DNA of 64,000 nt. It comes from the human T2T-CHM13v2.0 reference genome, Homo sapiens. A program made the position numbers and the translations under genes. Below the pieces are notes generated by a model that was not told the origin of the DNA, made no database searches, and saw nothing but the letters and a program-made list of their open reading frames with translations. Positions 28,873 to 53,979 of this stretch are shown here, piece after piece. The DNA lies in NCBI RefSeq assembly GCF_009914755.1, contig NC_060930.1; one strand, given 5' to 3'. Each line of letters starts with the position of its first letter. Within the stretch, counting starts at the first letter, position 1.

Positions 28873-31230
28873 CATATTTGACAGGGTAATGATTGACCAG
28901 TGAGCTTTTTTTGGCTGTGCTTCTTTTTCAGAATTAGGCATATTTTTGTTTTGTCTTCCTATGCTAGATAATAGACTCTGCAGAATCAAGCATATGGCTT
29001 TTGGCCATATCCCTAATGTACTTACAGAGTTCTCATTTGGGCTTTACTGGCAGATAGACTATACTTAAAAAGAGTGTTAGCTATGGAATCACGTATGTCT
29101 CCAAACTTCAGTGTGTGAATAATTCTTGTCTTCATAACAAACCTATAGTTAGTTCATATACTTAACGTCACGTGATGAGTTATTATGTCATGCTTCAAAT
29201 ATTTTATTCAATGGCGAAATGAAAGGCATTTAATTTCTTGGTTGAAAATTGGCCGGTTACAATTTTTTTTTCTATTTCTCGGTTGTCTGGTTTGATATAT
29301 TTTTACACAGTTTTGTGAGCTTTTAAGAAAAGAGTAATTTATGTGATTCCACAGTGACATAATCTTTTCACCTCTGAACTTTTGTAATACGTTTTTAAAG
29401 AATATTGTTATAAGATTCTTTTAGCAGAAATTTCTGAGCACTCACCTTGTGCCTGGCACCATGCTAAGTGCTTGCAATACACTGGCAAAACAGATATGGC
29501 ACTTTCTCTTTGGAGTTTACAGTCAAAGGCAGAAAACAGATGGTTAACGTATATTAACAGGTTTCATGGGAGCCAATTACAGGGGAATCAGATCAGATAT
29601 AGACTATCAGAGATGGCCTTCTTGAAGAGAAGCATTTAAATTAAAATCTGAAGATTGAACATTAGTCAATCAGGATAGCTGAGTTTTGAGAGGTAAGAGA
29701 ATATTCTGGATAAAAGAAATACCACAAGGTGTGGAAGTGAATATGGTTAGAGGAGTTATTCTCAAACTTGGCTGCACATTAGAATTACCTGTGTGCTTGA
29801 AAAAAATGCAGTTTTTATTGAGGTATTGTCAGCAGATGAGTGACACAATAAGATTTGCAATTGAAAAGACCACCCACTGGGCTCCATCATGAGACACATT
29901 GGCAAGGGGTGAGGCTGAATGTGTGGAGTCCAGTTAAGAATTCATTGCCCTGGGATTGGCAAAAAAGGGGAGTAACTTGGGCAAGGGTAGTATCAGTCGG
30001 GATGGTGAACAATGGTGAGAATAAAAGTTGGCAAAAGGTAAGTAGAAAAGGTGAATTAGGTAGGATAATTTTGGGAAAGGTAATATCATATAAACCAAGT
30101 GAAGAGAATGTATATTTTTAAAATTTTATTTTACTTTATTTTTCTGGAACAGAAAACCAAACACTGCATGTTGTCATGTGGAAGTTGAACAAGGAGAATA
30201 TTTTCAGAATGAGGAAACAGATGAGATGTCAAGCAAGGTAGAAAATGATGACTGTCCATTTAAGTGACCAGGAGGTCACTTGCTTACTCACAGCTTTGTT
30301 GAAAGAAGTAGCATATTGTAGGGGTGGGTTGCCCCTACACACCTGTGGGTGTTTCTCGTAAGGTGGGACGAGAGATTTGGAAAAGAAAAAGACACAGAGA
30401 CAAAGTATAGAGAAAGAAATAAGGGGACCCGGGGAACCAGCGTTCAGCATATGGAGGATCCCGCCAGCCTCTGAGTTCCCTTCGTATTTATTGATCATCT
30501 GTGGGTGTTTCTCAAAGAGGGGGATGTGTCAGGGTCACAAGACAATTGTGGGGAGAGGGTCAGCAGACAAACACGTGAACAAAGGTCTTGGCATCATAGA
30601 CAATGTAAAGGATTAAGTGCTGTGCTTTTAGATATGCATACACATAAACATCTCAGTGCTTTACAAAGCAGTATTGCTGCCCGCAGGTCCCACCTCCAGC
30701 CCTAAGGCGGTTTTTCCCTATCTCAGTAGATGGAGCATACAATCGGGTTTTATACCGAGACATTCCATTGCCCAGGGACAGGCAGGAGACAGATGCCTTC
30801 CTCTTGTCTCAACTGCAAGAGGCATTCCTTCCTCTTTTACTAATCCTCCTCAGCACAGACCCTTTACGGGTGTCGGGCTGGGGGACGGTCAGGTCTTTCC
30901 CTTCCCACGAGGCCATATTTCAGACTATCACATGGGGAGAAACCTTGGACAATACCTGGCTTTCCTAGGCAGAGGTCCCTGCGGCCTTCCGCAGTTTTTG
31001 TGTCCCTGGGTACTTGAGATTAGGGAGTGGTGATGACTCTTAAGGAGCATGCTGCCTTCAAGCATCTGTTTAACAAAGCACATCCTGCACCGCCCTTAAT
31101 CCATTTAACTCTGAGTTGACACAGCACACATTTCAGAGAGCACGGGGTTGGGGGTAAGGTCACAGAATCTCAAGGCAGAAGAATTTTTCTTAGTACATAA
31201 CAAAATGGAGTCTCCTATGTCTACTTCTTT

Positions 31231-36836
<5,606 letters not shown>

Positions 36837-38761
36837 TTATCAAATTTAGAACGACATTGACTAGCCCAATGTTTTCCTTTTTTACATCTTGGACATAAGT
36901 CAGGTGGCTCTCTACCTGTTGTAGTTGCTTGAATAGTTATATTCTGTTTGTTTAAGACTGGGCAATTCTTTTTTAAGTGACCAATTTGACCACAATTATA
37001 ACATTTTCCTCCAAATGTTCTAACTTGTCCTCCTAAAACAACTCCTGTTATTGCTTGAGCCATAAGCATAGCTTTATGCATAGCTCCTCCGATTCCATCA
37101 CAGGCTTTTACATATTCTGAGATTACATCTGATCCTGCAGGAACCTTTCCTTTTAATGGCTTAATGGCTGATTGACACTCAGGATTGGTGTTTTCATATG
37201 CCATCAACTCCACTATGACCTTACGGGCTTTTTCATCGGCAATTGACTTTTGAGCAACATCTTGGAGCCTTGCCACAAAATCAGGATAGGGCTCTTTTGA
37301 ACCTTGTCTTACTGTATTAAATGAGGGGCAGGTACTTCCTGGGTCTTGGATTTTTTCCCAGGCTCTAAGGCAGATAGCTCTAACTTGCTCAATGGCCTCA
37401 TTTTGCATTAATGCTTGTTGACTAATAGTACTCCAATTTTGACCTATTCCTAATAGTTGATCTGCATCTATGTTAACTGGAGGATTGGCAGCCCTATTTC
37501 TTCGGACCTGTTCTTGTACCCCATCAATCCACCAAGTCTTAAATTGTAAAAATTGAGAGGGTGAGAGAGACGATTTTGCCAGAATCTCCCAATCATAAGG
37601 AATGAGTCTATGTCCATGAGCAATGGAATCTAATAATGTCCTCATATAAGGGGAGTTGGGTCCATACTGTTTTACTCCCTCTTTCATATCTTTTAGTATT
37701 TTTATCGAAAAAGACTTGTATCTGGCCTCAACTGTGGGAGGCTCTCCCTCTTGGGCTCCTTCTCCAGGTGGCATCGGTTCTAACGTTACTGGGAATTGCC
37801 ATGCCTCAGTATCTCCTTCCTTTCTTGATTTATCAATAATTTCATGTAATTCACTACCCTGTCTACTAGGTGGTGCCGTAGGATTAAGTCTCCTAGTGGG
37901 CGGCTGAGGGTATGGCGCCCTGCCCTGTGGTGCTGGGGGCATTCCTGGATATCCATACTGACTTTCTGGGGGTGGCCGATACTGAAGTTCAGCCGGAGGC
38001 CAGTATTGATAGGCTACTGGCGGTTGGGTCTTATTTTCTTTAACCTGCTTTTGAGGTTGTAATGTTACAGGCACCTGACCTGCTGGAAGAGGACTTGTGC
38101 CTCGTGGTTTAGACTCTGATGGCCCCACTAATTCTGGACCTTTTCCTTCTAATTTTAACGTTTCAGGATATATCACCTCCTGTAATTGATTATAGTCAAC
38201 ATTTTGCGTTGACTGAGCCATTACCGGCTCTGCTACATATTCGCAATGTAAACTTTCGGTTTCTTTCTGGGATTTTTTCCTTGTCTTTTCATTACAATCT
38301 ATTATACCGCTTCCAGGGGCATCAGAAACTGAAATACTGTCTTCTTCTGTTTGAAATGGTTCTAAAGCTGCTTTAATAATGGCCCAATCATTCCATACTG
38401 TAAGTGGAATGATATTACCCTTCCTACCTGCTTGTTTTAGTTCCTTACCAATTCTTTTCCAATCTTTTAGATCTAAAGTTCCTTGTTCTGGAAACCATGG
38501 GCAAAATTGTTCTATTATTTGAAATAGCTTGATTAGATTTTTTGTAGATACTTTAACTCCCCCTCTTTTTAAAAGAATTTTAATAAAGCTGAGATAAGAG
38601 GCATATTTACTTTTAATTTTACTTTTAGTTTGCCCCATTATCACCCTAGCTTCTTCCGAGCGCACAAGCTTACCGTAAGGCTGACTGTAGACGTACTCGG
38701 GATCTCTCGTCGACTTGTCCTCAATGACCACGCTCGAGCGTACCTTCACCCTAGAGAAAAG

Positions 38762-38779
38762 CCTCCACGTTGGGCACCA
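38762..38779 (-). other. Primer-binding site (tRNA-Lys type)
   Basis: TGGTGCCCAACGTGGAGG, 2 nt downstream of the 5' LTR. Confidence 0.9.
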
Positions 38780-38781
38780 GA

Positions 38782-39741
38782 TGTAGGGGTGGGTTGCCCC
38801 TACACACCTGTGGGTGTTTCTCGTAAGGTGGGACGAGAGATTTGGAAAAGAAAAAGACACAGAGACAAAGTATAGAGAAAGAAATAAGGGGACCCGGGGA
38901 ACCAGCGTTCAGCATATGGAGGATCCCGCCAGCCTCTGAGTTCCCTTCGTATTTATTGATCATCTGTGGGTGTTTCTCAAAGAGGGGGATGTGTCAGGGT
39001 CACAAGACAATTGTGGGGAGAGGGTCAGCAGACAAACACGTGAACAAAGGTCTTGGCATCATAGACAATGTAAAGGATTAAGTGCTGTGCTTTTAGATAT
39101 GCATACACATAAACATCTCAGTGCTTTACAAAGCAGTATTGCTGCCCGCAGGTCCCACCTCCAGCCCTAAGGCGGTTTTTCCCTATCTCAGTAGATGGAG
39201 CATACAATCGGGTTTTATACCGAGACATTCCATTGCCCAGGGACAGGCAGGAGACAGATGCCTTCCTCTTGTCTCAACTGCAAGAGGCATTCCTTCCTCT
39301 TTTACTAATCCTCCTCAGCACAGACCCTTTACGGGTGTCAGGCTGGGGGACGGTCAGGTCTTTCCCTTCCCACGAGGCCATATTTCAGACTATCACATGG
39401 GGAGAAACCTTGGACAATACCTGGCTTTCCTAGGCAGAGGTCCCTGCGGCCTTCCGCAGTTTTTGTGTCCCTGGGTACTTGAGATTAGGGAGTGGTGATG
39501 ACTCTTAAGGAGCATGCTGCCTTCAAGCATCTGTTTAACAAAGCACATCCTGCACCGCCCTTAATCCATTTAACTCTGAGTTGACACAGCACACATTTCA
39601 GAGAGCACGGGGTTGGGGGTAAGGTCACAGAATCTCAAGGCAGAAGAATTTTTCTTAGTACATAACAAAATGGAGTCTCCTATGTCTACTTCTTTCTACA
39701 CAGACACAGTAACAATCTGATCTCTCTTGCTTTTCCCCACA
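38782..39741 (-). promoter_or_regulatory. 5' LTR (LTR5_Hs), 960 bp, proviral promoter/enhancer
   Basis: TGTGGGGAAAAGCAAG...CCCCTACA; identical to the 3' LTR except at 39340. Confidence 0.95.
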
Positions 39742-41794
39742 GCATATATATGTGGAAGATCCAAACACCTGAGACTGGCAGTGAGTGTCATAGAATATTA
39801 ATGGAAAGAAAACTGCGGGCATGTGGTTAGGGATTTTCAGAGAAGAGACAGCATGTGAACAAGGAAGCGTAGAGCATCAATAAGCAGGGGTTTCTACAAC
39901 CCAGGAAGGGAAGAACATCCTGAGGTTTGGATTTAGTATGTCCAGGGCACAAAATATGATTGTTCTCATGAGGTTTGCCCTAAGACATTAAACAGAGGGG
40001 AGACATTAAAGGACCGTGTAATAGGCCTGGTGTAAAATCTACACCAGTTGTGTGTGGGATGTAGGAGAGAGGAAGGAACTAAAACAGGAAAATCTGCTAG
40101 GAGAAGATAGGTGTATTCTAAGCATGATGAGAAGAGAATGGACTAGGATGCTAGCAAGGCTAAAGGGTAAAGATTTCAGTGTGGTGCATTTTGTAACAGA
40201 CAAAAATAATGAAGCTTATTTAATAACTGACTAGCTGTAGGAGAGAATAAAAAGGAGTGCTCAAAAGGGATTCAAGATTTTGAAATTGGTGCTTTAAATA
40301 AATAACGTTTTATCCAACAATGATGTATGTATATGCTATTTAATTACTTTGTTCTTTATAAGGACTAAAGATACTCTTGGGAGGGAAGGGGGACATGTGT
40401 TTAATAAGCCAACAATTACAATTTTTTTTGGTACCTGCAAGATCCATTGTTAGATTTCTCTTGGGGTGATACCTCCACAAAAACGGGAGAGGGTCTCTCA
40501 GATGTGAGTGGTGATACTGGACCCTCCAGGGTTAGTGAAGGTCAGAACAGAGTCCACCTACTTGGATCAACAGAATTTATGGGTATTCCTGGCACCCTGG
40601 GGGAAAAGGAGGTAAATGCATCAAGACCTTGAAAGGCACTAGTAGGATGACTGATGCATATTATGGCCTATATTATAATCTTCAGCGCTTTGGAGAAACA
40701 CTATCATTTGTCCTCAGAAGTGAAGATTAAAGGGGATTTTATGAATGTTTTATGTATCCTAGGACTATGAGATTATTTCCTTGGCAAAGGCTAAGTTATT
40801 TGAAGATATATGTTTAGCATTTACCAGGGACAGTCTGAACTATTGATTCCAAAATAAATAAGAAGAAGGTGTTGGAAGACAGTATTGCCCACTGTGATCA
40901 TATTTCATGTAATACTAGCAAAATATAGTAATCACTGTGATTTTCTGAAGTTTGTGCTTTCTTGTCCTCTGTTTCATAGAAAGCAATTTCTTTGGTATCT
41001 GTGATTGTCAGTAAGGTTTTAGAAAATAAATTATTTGATTCTGGTCTTTCACAGTGAAGTTTTTGATAGCTTTTAAACAAAGCCTACATTTCATGGACAG
41101 GTTTTGATGTGTCAGATGTAAAAACATTAAATGAAATCTTGAAACCAGAATCCATAAACCATAAGCCTATATAAGGCCCACTTTAAAAAATGTTCTGGTC
41201 ACAGTAAGGCCTTACCCCTGGAGAAGCAGCTCAGACTTGGAGCATCCTCGCAGGAGTTTCCTGATTGAAATCTCTGTCTCTTTGATCGTAACAGATGTAC
41301 ATTAGTTAGAGAAAAACATGCTTGACTCTCTATCAGACTAATCAATGCCCACATACAGGCAGAGACTGTAATTGTAAGATTTATAAGTTGCACAGTACCT
41401 AGTAAGACGAATGTGGTTGAGAGAGTGAAGGTGAAAGGTGAAAGAATTGGAAGGTGAATTAAAATTGCAGACTTGTTGTGCTTGTTCAGGTGTGATATAG
41501 TAAACATTCAATTTAGATGTTTATTGGTTGGATGATTATATAGGTAACTGAAAGTTAAAAAAATATTTTTCAATACAATAATGAAGATGTTCTAAAATAG
41601 CCAAAATAATTAATAGGTACTTAAATGTATTACACTAGTTTAGTTCTAAAGATTGTAAAAGAAGAAAAAGTCTGCTTACTACTCATTAGGAGCTTATGAT
41701 ATAGTTAGAAAGGTATGAGCTCCTAAAGTAGTCATGTGTAAAGATACTACACATCATGCATATAGTTTTTTCTTGGGTTATATGCATGTTCATT

Positions 41795-42560
41795 TGTTCA
41801 TTGATTGATTCATTTCTTTATTCAGCCAAAACACTTTGATTTCTGGAAGTCTACCAGGAACAAGACAAAAGTAATACAATTTATATTAGCATGGAGGATG
41901 TAGACATTAAAAAGTAAACCTGTAAGCAAGAAAACTGAATGTTAAAAGCTGTGAACAAAATAAGCCAGATTGAAGTGATGGAGTACCTGGAGATAGAGCA
42001 GGGCCACTAATTTAGACTGGATCGTCAGGAAGCCTTTATTCAGAAGGGAATGTTTGAGTTGACTCCTGAAGGAGTGGAGCCATCCAGATTGGTTTGAGGC
42101 AGAAAGTTCAGTGAGCAGAAACAGCCAGTGTGGCTGTGGAGCAGAGCAAGTAAGGAATAGAGGGTGAGTGATGAGGCCAGAGAGGAGACAGAGGAAACAC
42201 CTGTTCCAGTGGGTAGGACTTTCAATACAGTGGGAATTCTTTGGTGAACTTTAGGAGTTTTAAACTTCTTGCTCTGGCTGCTGTATGGAGAATGGGCTGT
42301 AACTGAGAGGGGATATAGTAGAACTGTGCCCATAAGGGAGGTGATAATGGTTTAGCATAAGGTGGGATCGGACAGTTAGAACATGTAAGGCTCTACTTTC
42401 ACAAAATAGAAAGTAAGTGAAGAGAAGCCCCGGAAAGGGAGCAGAGCTCCAGCTGAACTTTGAAAGATTAAACAAATTAACATGAACTCATAGAGAGGAA
42501 GTAGGAAGACATTCTTGGAGTCACAAAGGTGAGAGTGGAGGTGGGATAAATGGGACATAT
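41795..42560 (-). mobile_element. L2 fragment
   Basis: 'ttcatttgttcattgattgattcatt' tail and typical L2 minus-strand purine-rich body. Confidence 0.55.
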
Positions 42561-42606
42561 CCTACTTCTCTGCTATCCAAAGAATAGTAGTGTAAACATA
42601 CATTAA

Positions 42607-42735
42607 CCCATTTATGCCTAGTGTCCCATTACTGGAACTCTAAGCATGTGGGAGTTAATTATATCCTACTGCTCAAGGTCATCACCAAGGTCTGATTTCA
42701 AAATCGAAAAAGTTGCAACGTTAGGCATAAATGGG
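42607..42735. mobile_element. MER85 (piggyBac PGBD3-derived MITE)
   Basis: Perfect 13-bp TIRs CCCATTTATGCCT / AGGCATAAATGGG, TTAA on the left (42603-42606) and TTAT on the right, internal 'ctaagcatgtgggagtt...ctgctcaaggtcatc'. Confidence 0.9.
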
Positions 42736-42745
42736 TTATTAAAAG

Positions 42746-42907
42746 ATAGTGTTTCTCACACTGGAATAACCTAGGAGCTTTAAAAGATAGTAGTATCTGG
42801 GTTTTACACCCAGTGATTCTGATGTGTTTGGCATAGAATGTGGGTTAGTATTGGTGTTTTCCAAAAAGTAAGTCAGTCTAATGTGCAGGCAAGATTGAAA
42901 ACCAGGG
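42746..42907. mobile_element. MER5A/B-like MITE
   Basis: 'tagtgtttctca...cccagtgattctgat...ctaatgtgcaggcaagattgaaaacca'. Confidence 0.6.
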
Positions 42908-43965
42908 ATGTAAGATCTTTCATTATGATGACTTAGTGGCCACAAGTCCAGCAAGAAACAGGTAATGCAGGCTGAGTGCAGGAGTTTGGGAAAAGAGCAA
43001 AGCAGTACTTTACAGACTTCTTCAATTAATCACCCCCTTTTTATTCAGCATTTATAGGGTACAAACAGTGTAGAGAACAGATATGAGAATCCCCTGAATA
43101 TTTACTTAAAAGACAGTTTTCTGGAAACTTCCTTAGGAAACACTGAATGTCTATGCTTAGGAATAATTAATTTTAGTATTTTCTTCTTATGATAATATAA
43201 GTTAAGGAAACAATGCAATTGGGTAAAAGGTATCAGTGCATCTGATTTTCAATAAAGAAAGTGAAGTAGATGCATGGTAGAAATGAATATCAACCTGAGT
43301 TGCCTAGCAAGGGAGGCTCGGGAGAACAACTCAGTCTAAAGGTAACATCCCAGCAGCATAGATGTGAGCAATTGGAACTCTGTGGCCAAGAGCTGAGGTC
43401 AAAGTAGTGTCTTCAGTGTCTTGGTGGCAAACAAAGTCAGGCAAATTCTCTTGGAGAAAGGCTTGTTCAAGGAGAGAGAGAAGATCTGTGAGATCTCAAT
43501 GGGAAAGGTAATTGGGGCTAGACGGTGGAGAGAGCTGTGTGTTTGGCGTGTACAGTGTATAGGGGGCACTGAATTGGGTGTATTGCTGACTTCAGTAATT
43601 TTATTGTTTTTACCAGTTCCTCATGGTAGCATTCACACATTGATGAATGGAAATTATGCAGGTGGATTCACTGTTACACTTTGTAGCAGATTGTATCACC
43701 ATGACTTTGACCTTATTCTATAGGGCTGTGTGTGATATTGACATCACAATATAAGTGTTCGCCTTCTCTCATCCTGACACTTCCTGTTTGTTAGGAAACG
43801 GAATTAGGACTATGTTTTCACTATACTGCAAGTTTTTGACCCTTAAATAATGGAATCCAAAGAGAGATGGTTTCCTCTTATCAGCTCCCAGTTTTTCCCT
43901 ACTAACTCTTTTCTTTCAGAGCAATTATTTTGCTCATTTATTCAGTCCCTTTTAATTCAGTATTT

Positions 43966-50038
<6,073 letters not shown>

Positions 50039-51775
50039 TTAATTCAGTATTTGTGAGGTACAAAACAATGTAGAAAATACAGAAAGATAAAGTTTAAGCC
50101 CTGCCCATAGCATCACACAGTCTAGTGAGGGTAAGATTACATCATTAATTGTACCCAATGAGACCCTGTAGTCCAGAGAAAGATACTAACGTTCAGAGGA
50201 GAGAAAGTGATTATTTTGTCTTAGAGAACAGGACTTTTAAAAGTATTTTTGAAGGAAGTTGCTTGCCTTTAAGGATGGATAGGATTTAGAGAGCTATGGG
50301 TACTAGGCTATTTCAAACAAGTGGGAACAATGTAAAGTATAGGTAGAGGAATATACTGGCAAATGATGTAATATGATAGTGGCATACAGAGCATGAGGAG
50401 GTGTTCTAGAAAATAAGATGACAAACTAGGTTGAAGCCTAGTAAGAAAAGGTGTGACAGCCAGTGGAAAACATGCTGCATTCTGTAGGCAGTAAGTGGCA
50501 TTTTAAGGATTTTCCAACAGGAAAATAAAAGGGAAACTTAATATTTATTGAGTGTATGCTGTGCATTTCTAAGACAGTATACTTTCCATAAGTTATTTAT
50601 TTAGGTTATCTGATGGATAAGGCTATTTAGACAGAGTAATTAGGCATCAGTGTTTAGAATTGTTTGGGAGAGGGAGGAGATTGGAAACAGGGACATCACT
50701 GTCATAGCTCAGGTCTTACATGTAATTACTTTGGCATGGAAATAAAAGAGGTGCTGGTATTTTTAAAAGATTTTTAGTTGTTCTGAAATATTGAGCTCTT
50801 AACAATAAAGGCTCGGGATATAGCAATAAATCAGGGAGTCCAGGACACTTGAGGAGTGCACGTTCCTAAGGGCATGGACAGAATATGCCATTAGGAAATG
50901 ATCAGAAAGTGGTAGTAATATTTAGAGAATTACGACTGGATGATATGATAGAAATTAGGAGATCATGGAGACCTTTCTGAGGAAGGGACATTTAAAGAGA
51001 AGCTTGAATGATAACATGGAATAAATAAGCCTTGAGACTATTGGGAGTGGGAGTGAGGAGAGCATCACAGGCAGAGGGAAGGTTTAATGCAAAGCCCCCA
51101 AAGGGGAACAAGGAAAGAAGGGAGAGATAGGATCAATATCATCTGTCAATGGAATGTATATGGAGGTCAAGGAAGAAGTCAAGGTTGACTCTCAGGTTTC
51201 AAACCTTGGAGACTGGAGGGTAGTAGCAGTACTAGCAGGAAGTTGTACCAAGAGTAAGTGGAAATGGTGAATTTTTTTGGACGAATGAGGTTTCAGCTTC
51301 TGAAGTCAAGTCATATTTAGATAGTAGCAAGCAAGGAAAGCTGGTGACTTGAACTTGAGAGAAGTGTCAGGATTAGAAATACAGATAAGAAAGTCATCTG
51401 CCTAAAAGAATTCTTTGAGGCAGTGAGAAAGATGGGGACATCCACGAAACTGGAATGAGGGGTTGTATCAAAAGCACAGCAAGGAGGAAGGTTTGTGTTG
51501 GAGAGTTAAAGGATGGTTTCGGAGAGAAAGTGACAACCAGGGAAGTCCAGAATTTGAGCACCTAAAGGCAAAGGGAATTGTATTGTCAAATAGTTTAGAG
51601 CCAAGCTGACCCACAAATCTTTTGTGTTGTTTTTTGAAGCTCAGGTAGTGAAGACAATTCAGCTAAAACGAATCTTCTCATTAGTTTATAATTTCACGCA
51701 TTTGAGAGTGATACCTCTTTTGGTATATTCAAAGTTAGAAGAGTGATGCAAATTGCTAGAATGGGATAAATTAAC

Positions 51776-53808
51776 TGAATTTTATTTGGCTCTTCTCTCT
51801 TTTCTTTCTTTATTAGTCTAGCTAGTGCTGTATCTATTTTATCAGTATTTTCTTTATCCAGTCTATCATTGAGGGGCATTTGGGTTGGTTCCAAGTAGTT
51901 AATATTGTAAATAGTGCTGCAATAAACATACATGTGCATGTGTCTTTATAGTAGAATGATTTATAATCATTTGGGTGTATATTCAGTAATGGGATTTCTG
52001 GGTCAAATGGTATTTTTGGTTCTAGATCCTTCAGGAATTGCCACACTGTATTCTACAATTGTTCAACTAATTTACACTTCCACCAACACTGTAAAAGCAT
52101 TCCTATTTCTCCACATCCTCTCCAGCATCTGTTGTTTCCTGACTTTAACCATCTCCATTCTAACTGGTGTGAGATGGTAGCTCATTGTGGTTTTGATTTG
52201 CATTTCTCTAATGAGCAGTGTTGATGAGCTTTTTCTCATATGTTTCTTGGCCGCATAAATGTCTTCTTTTGAAAAGTGTCTGTTCATATCCTTTGCCCAC
52301 TTTTTGATGGGGTTGTTTTTTTCTTGTAAATTTAAATTCCTTGTAGACTCTGGATAGTAGATCTTTGTCAGATGGGTAGATTGCAAAAATTTTCTCCCAT
52401 TCTGTCAGTTGCCTGTTCACTATGATGATAATTTCTTTTGCTGTCCAGCTCTTTAGTTTAATTAGATCCCATTCATCAATTTTGGCTTTTGTTGCAATAG
52501 CTTTTGGTGTTTTGGTCATGAAGTCTTTGCCCATGCCTATATCCTGAATGGTATTGCCTAAGTTTTCTTCTAGGGTTTTTTTTGGTTTTGAGTTTTACCT
52601 TTAAGTCTTTAACCCATCTTGAGTTAATTTTTTGTGTTAGGTTTAAGGAAGAGGTCCAGTTTCAGTTTTCTGCATATGGCTAATCAGTTTTCCCAGCACT
52701 ATTTATTAAATAGGGAATCCTGTCCCCATTGCTTGTTGGCACATACACACCATGGAATACTATGCAGCCATAGAATAGAATGAGTTCATGTCCTTTGCAG
52801 GGACATGGATGAACCTGGAAGCTGTCATTCTCACCAGACTAATACAGAACAGAAAACCAAGCACTGCATGTTCTCACTCATAAGTGGAAGTTGAACAATG
52901 AGAACCTGTGGACACAGGGAGGGGAACATCACACACTGGGCCTGTCAGGGGGTGGGGAGCAAGGGGAGGGACACCATTAGGACAAATACTTAATGCATGC
53001 TTGAAACCTAGATGATGGGTTGATAGGTACAGCAAACCACTATGGCACGTGTATACCTATGTAACAAACCTGCACGTTCTGCACATGTATCCCAGAACTT
53101 AGAATTAAAAAAAAAAATAGGAAAACCAACTCCTGGATTTGTTGATCTTTTGAATTTTTTTGTGTCTCAATGTCTTTTAGTTCAGCTTTGATTTTGATTA
53201 TTTCTTGTCTTCTGCTAGCTTTGGGATTGCTTGGCTCTTGGTTCTCTAATTCTGTTAGTTTTGATGTTAGGTTATTAAATTGAGATCTTTCTAACTTTCT
53301 GATGTGGATGTTTAATGCTATAATTTTTCCTCCTAACCCTGCCTTAGCTGTGTCCCAGAGATCCTGTTATGTTGTATCTTTGTTCTCATTAGTTTCAAAC
53401 AATTTATTGATTTCTACCTTAATTGCATTATTTACCCCAAAGTCATTCAGGAGCAGGTTATTCACTTTTTATGTAACTGTATGGTTTTGAGTTATTTTCT
53501 TATTCTTGAATTCTATTTTAATTACACTGTCGTCTGAGAGAATGGCTGTTATGATTTCAGTTCTTCTGCATTTGCTGAGGAGTTTTTTATGTTTGATTAT
53601 GTGATCGATTTTAGAGTATGTGCCATGTGGTGGCACATGAGGATGAGAAGAATGTACATTCTGTTGTTTTGAGGTAGAGAGTTCTGTAGATGTCTATCAG
53701 GTCCATTTGATCCAGTGATGAGTTGGGTCCTCAATATCTTTGTTAATTTTTTGCTTTAATGATCTGTCTAATACTGTCAGTGGGGTGCTGAAGTCTCCCA
53801 CTATTACT
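51776..53808 (-). mobile_element. Old L1 ORF2 fragment (L1PB/L1PA15-like), pieces about 51776-51851 and 53121-53808
   Basis: Diverged ORF2 sequence that is continuous across the younger insertion. Confidence 0.65.
51847..53117 (+). mobile_element. L1PA8-like truncated L1 with near-precise 5' inversion (inverted 51847-52736; direct 52737-53117)
   Basis: L1-sense 'gactggataaagaaaat' at the far end of the inverted part continues as 'tggcacatacacacc' at 52737. L1PA7/8-type 3'UTR and A tail. Confidence 0.8.
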
Positions 53809-53960
53809 GCAATTGAAGCCTTTTCTTTGTCACCATTTCTCAAAAATGCTTTGCAATGTGATAAAATATATCCTTCTAGAGGCAGAAGTCAATTGCTTTA
53901 AACTGAAACACTCATATCACAATATGAATTATGAAATATTTTAAAATAGCATTTCCTGTT

Positions 53961-53979
53961 TGACCACCAGGTGGCATAA
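53961..53979 (+). promoter_or_regulatory. Candidate CTCF site
   Basis: TGACCACCAGGTGGCATAA matches the CCASYAGRKGGCR core, in unique AT-rich sequence. Confidence 0.5.

Noticed and set aside
38639-38860. 74-codon in-frame extension upstream of gag
   Set aside because: It begins at GTG inside the LTR and crosses the PBS, with no clear transmembrane segment. The established start is MGQ at 38638.
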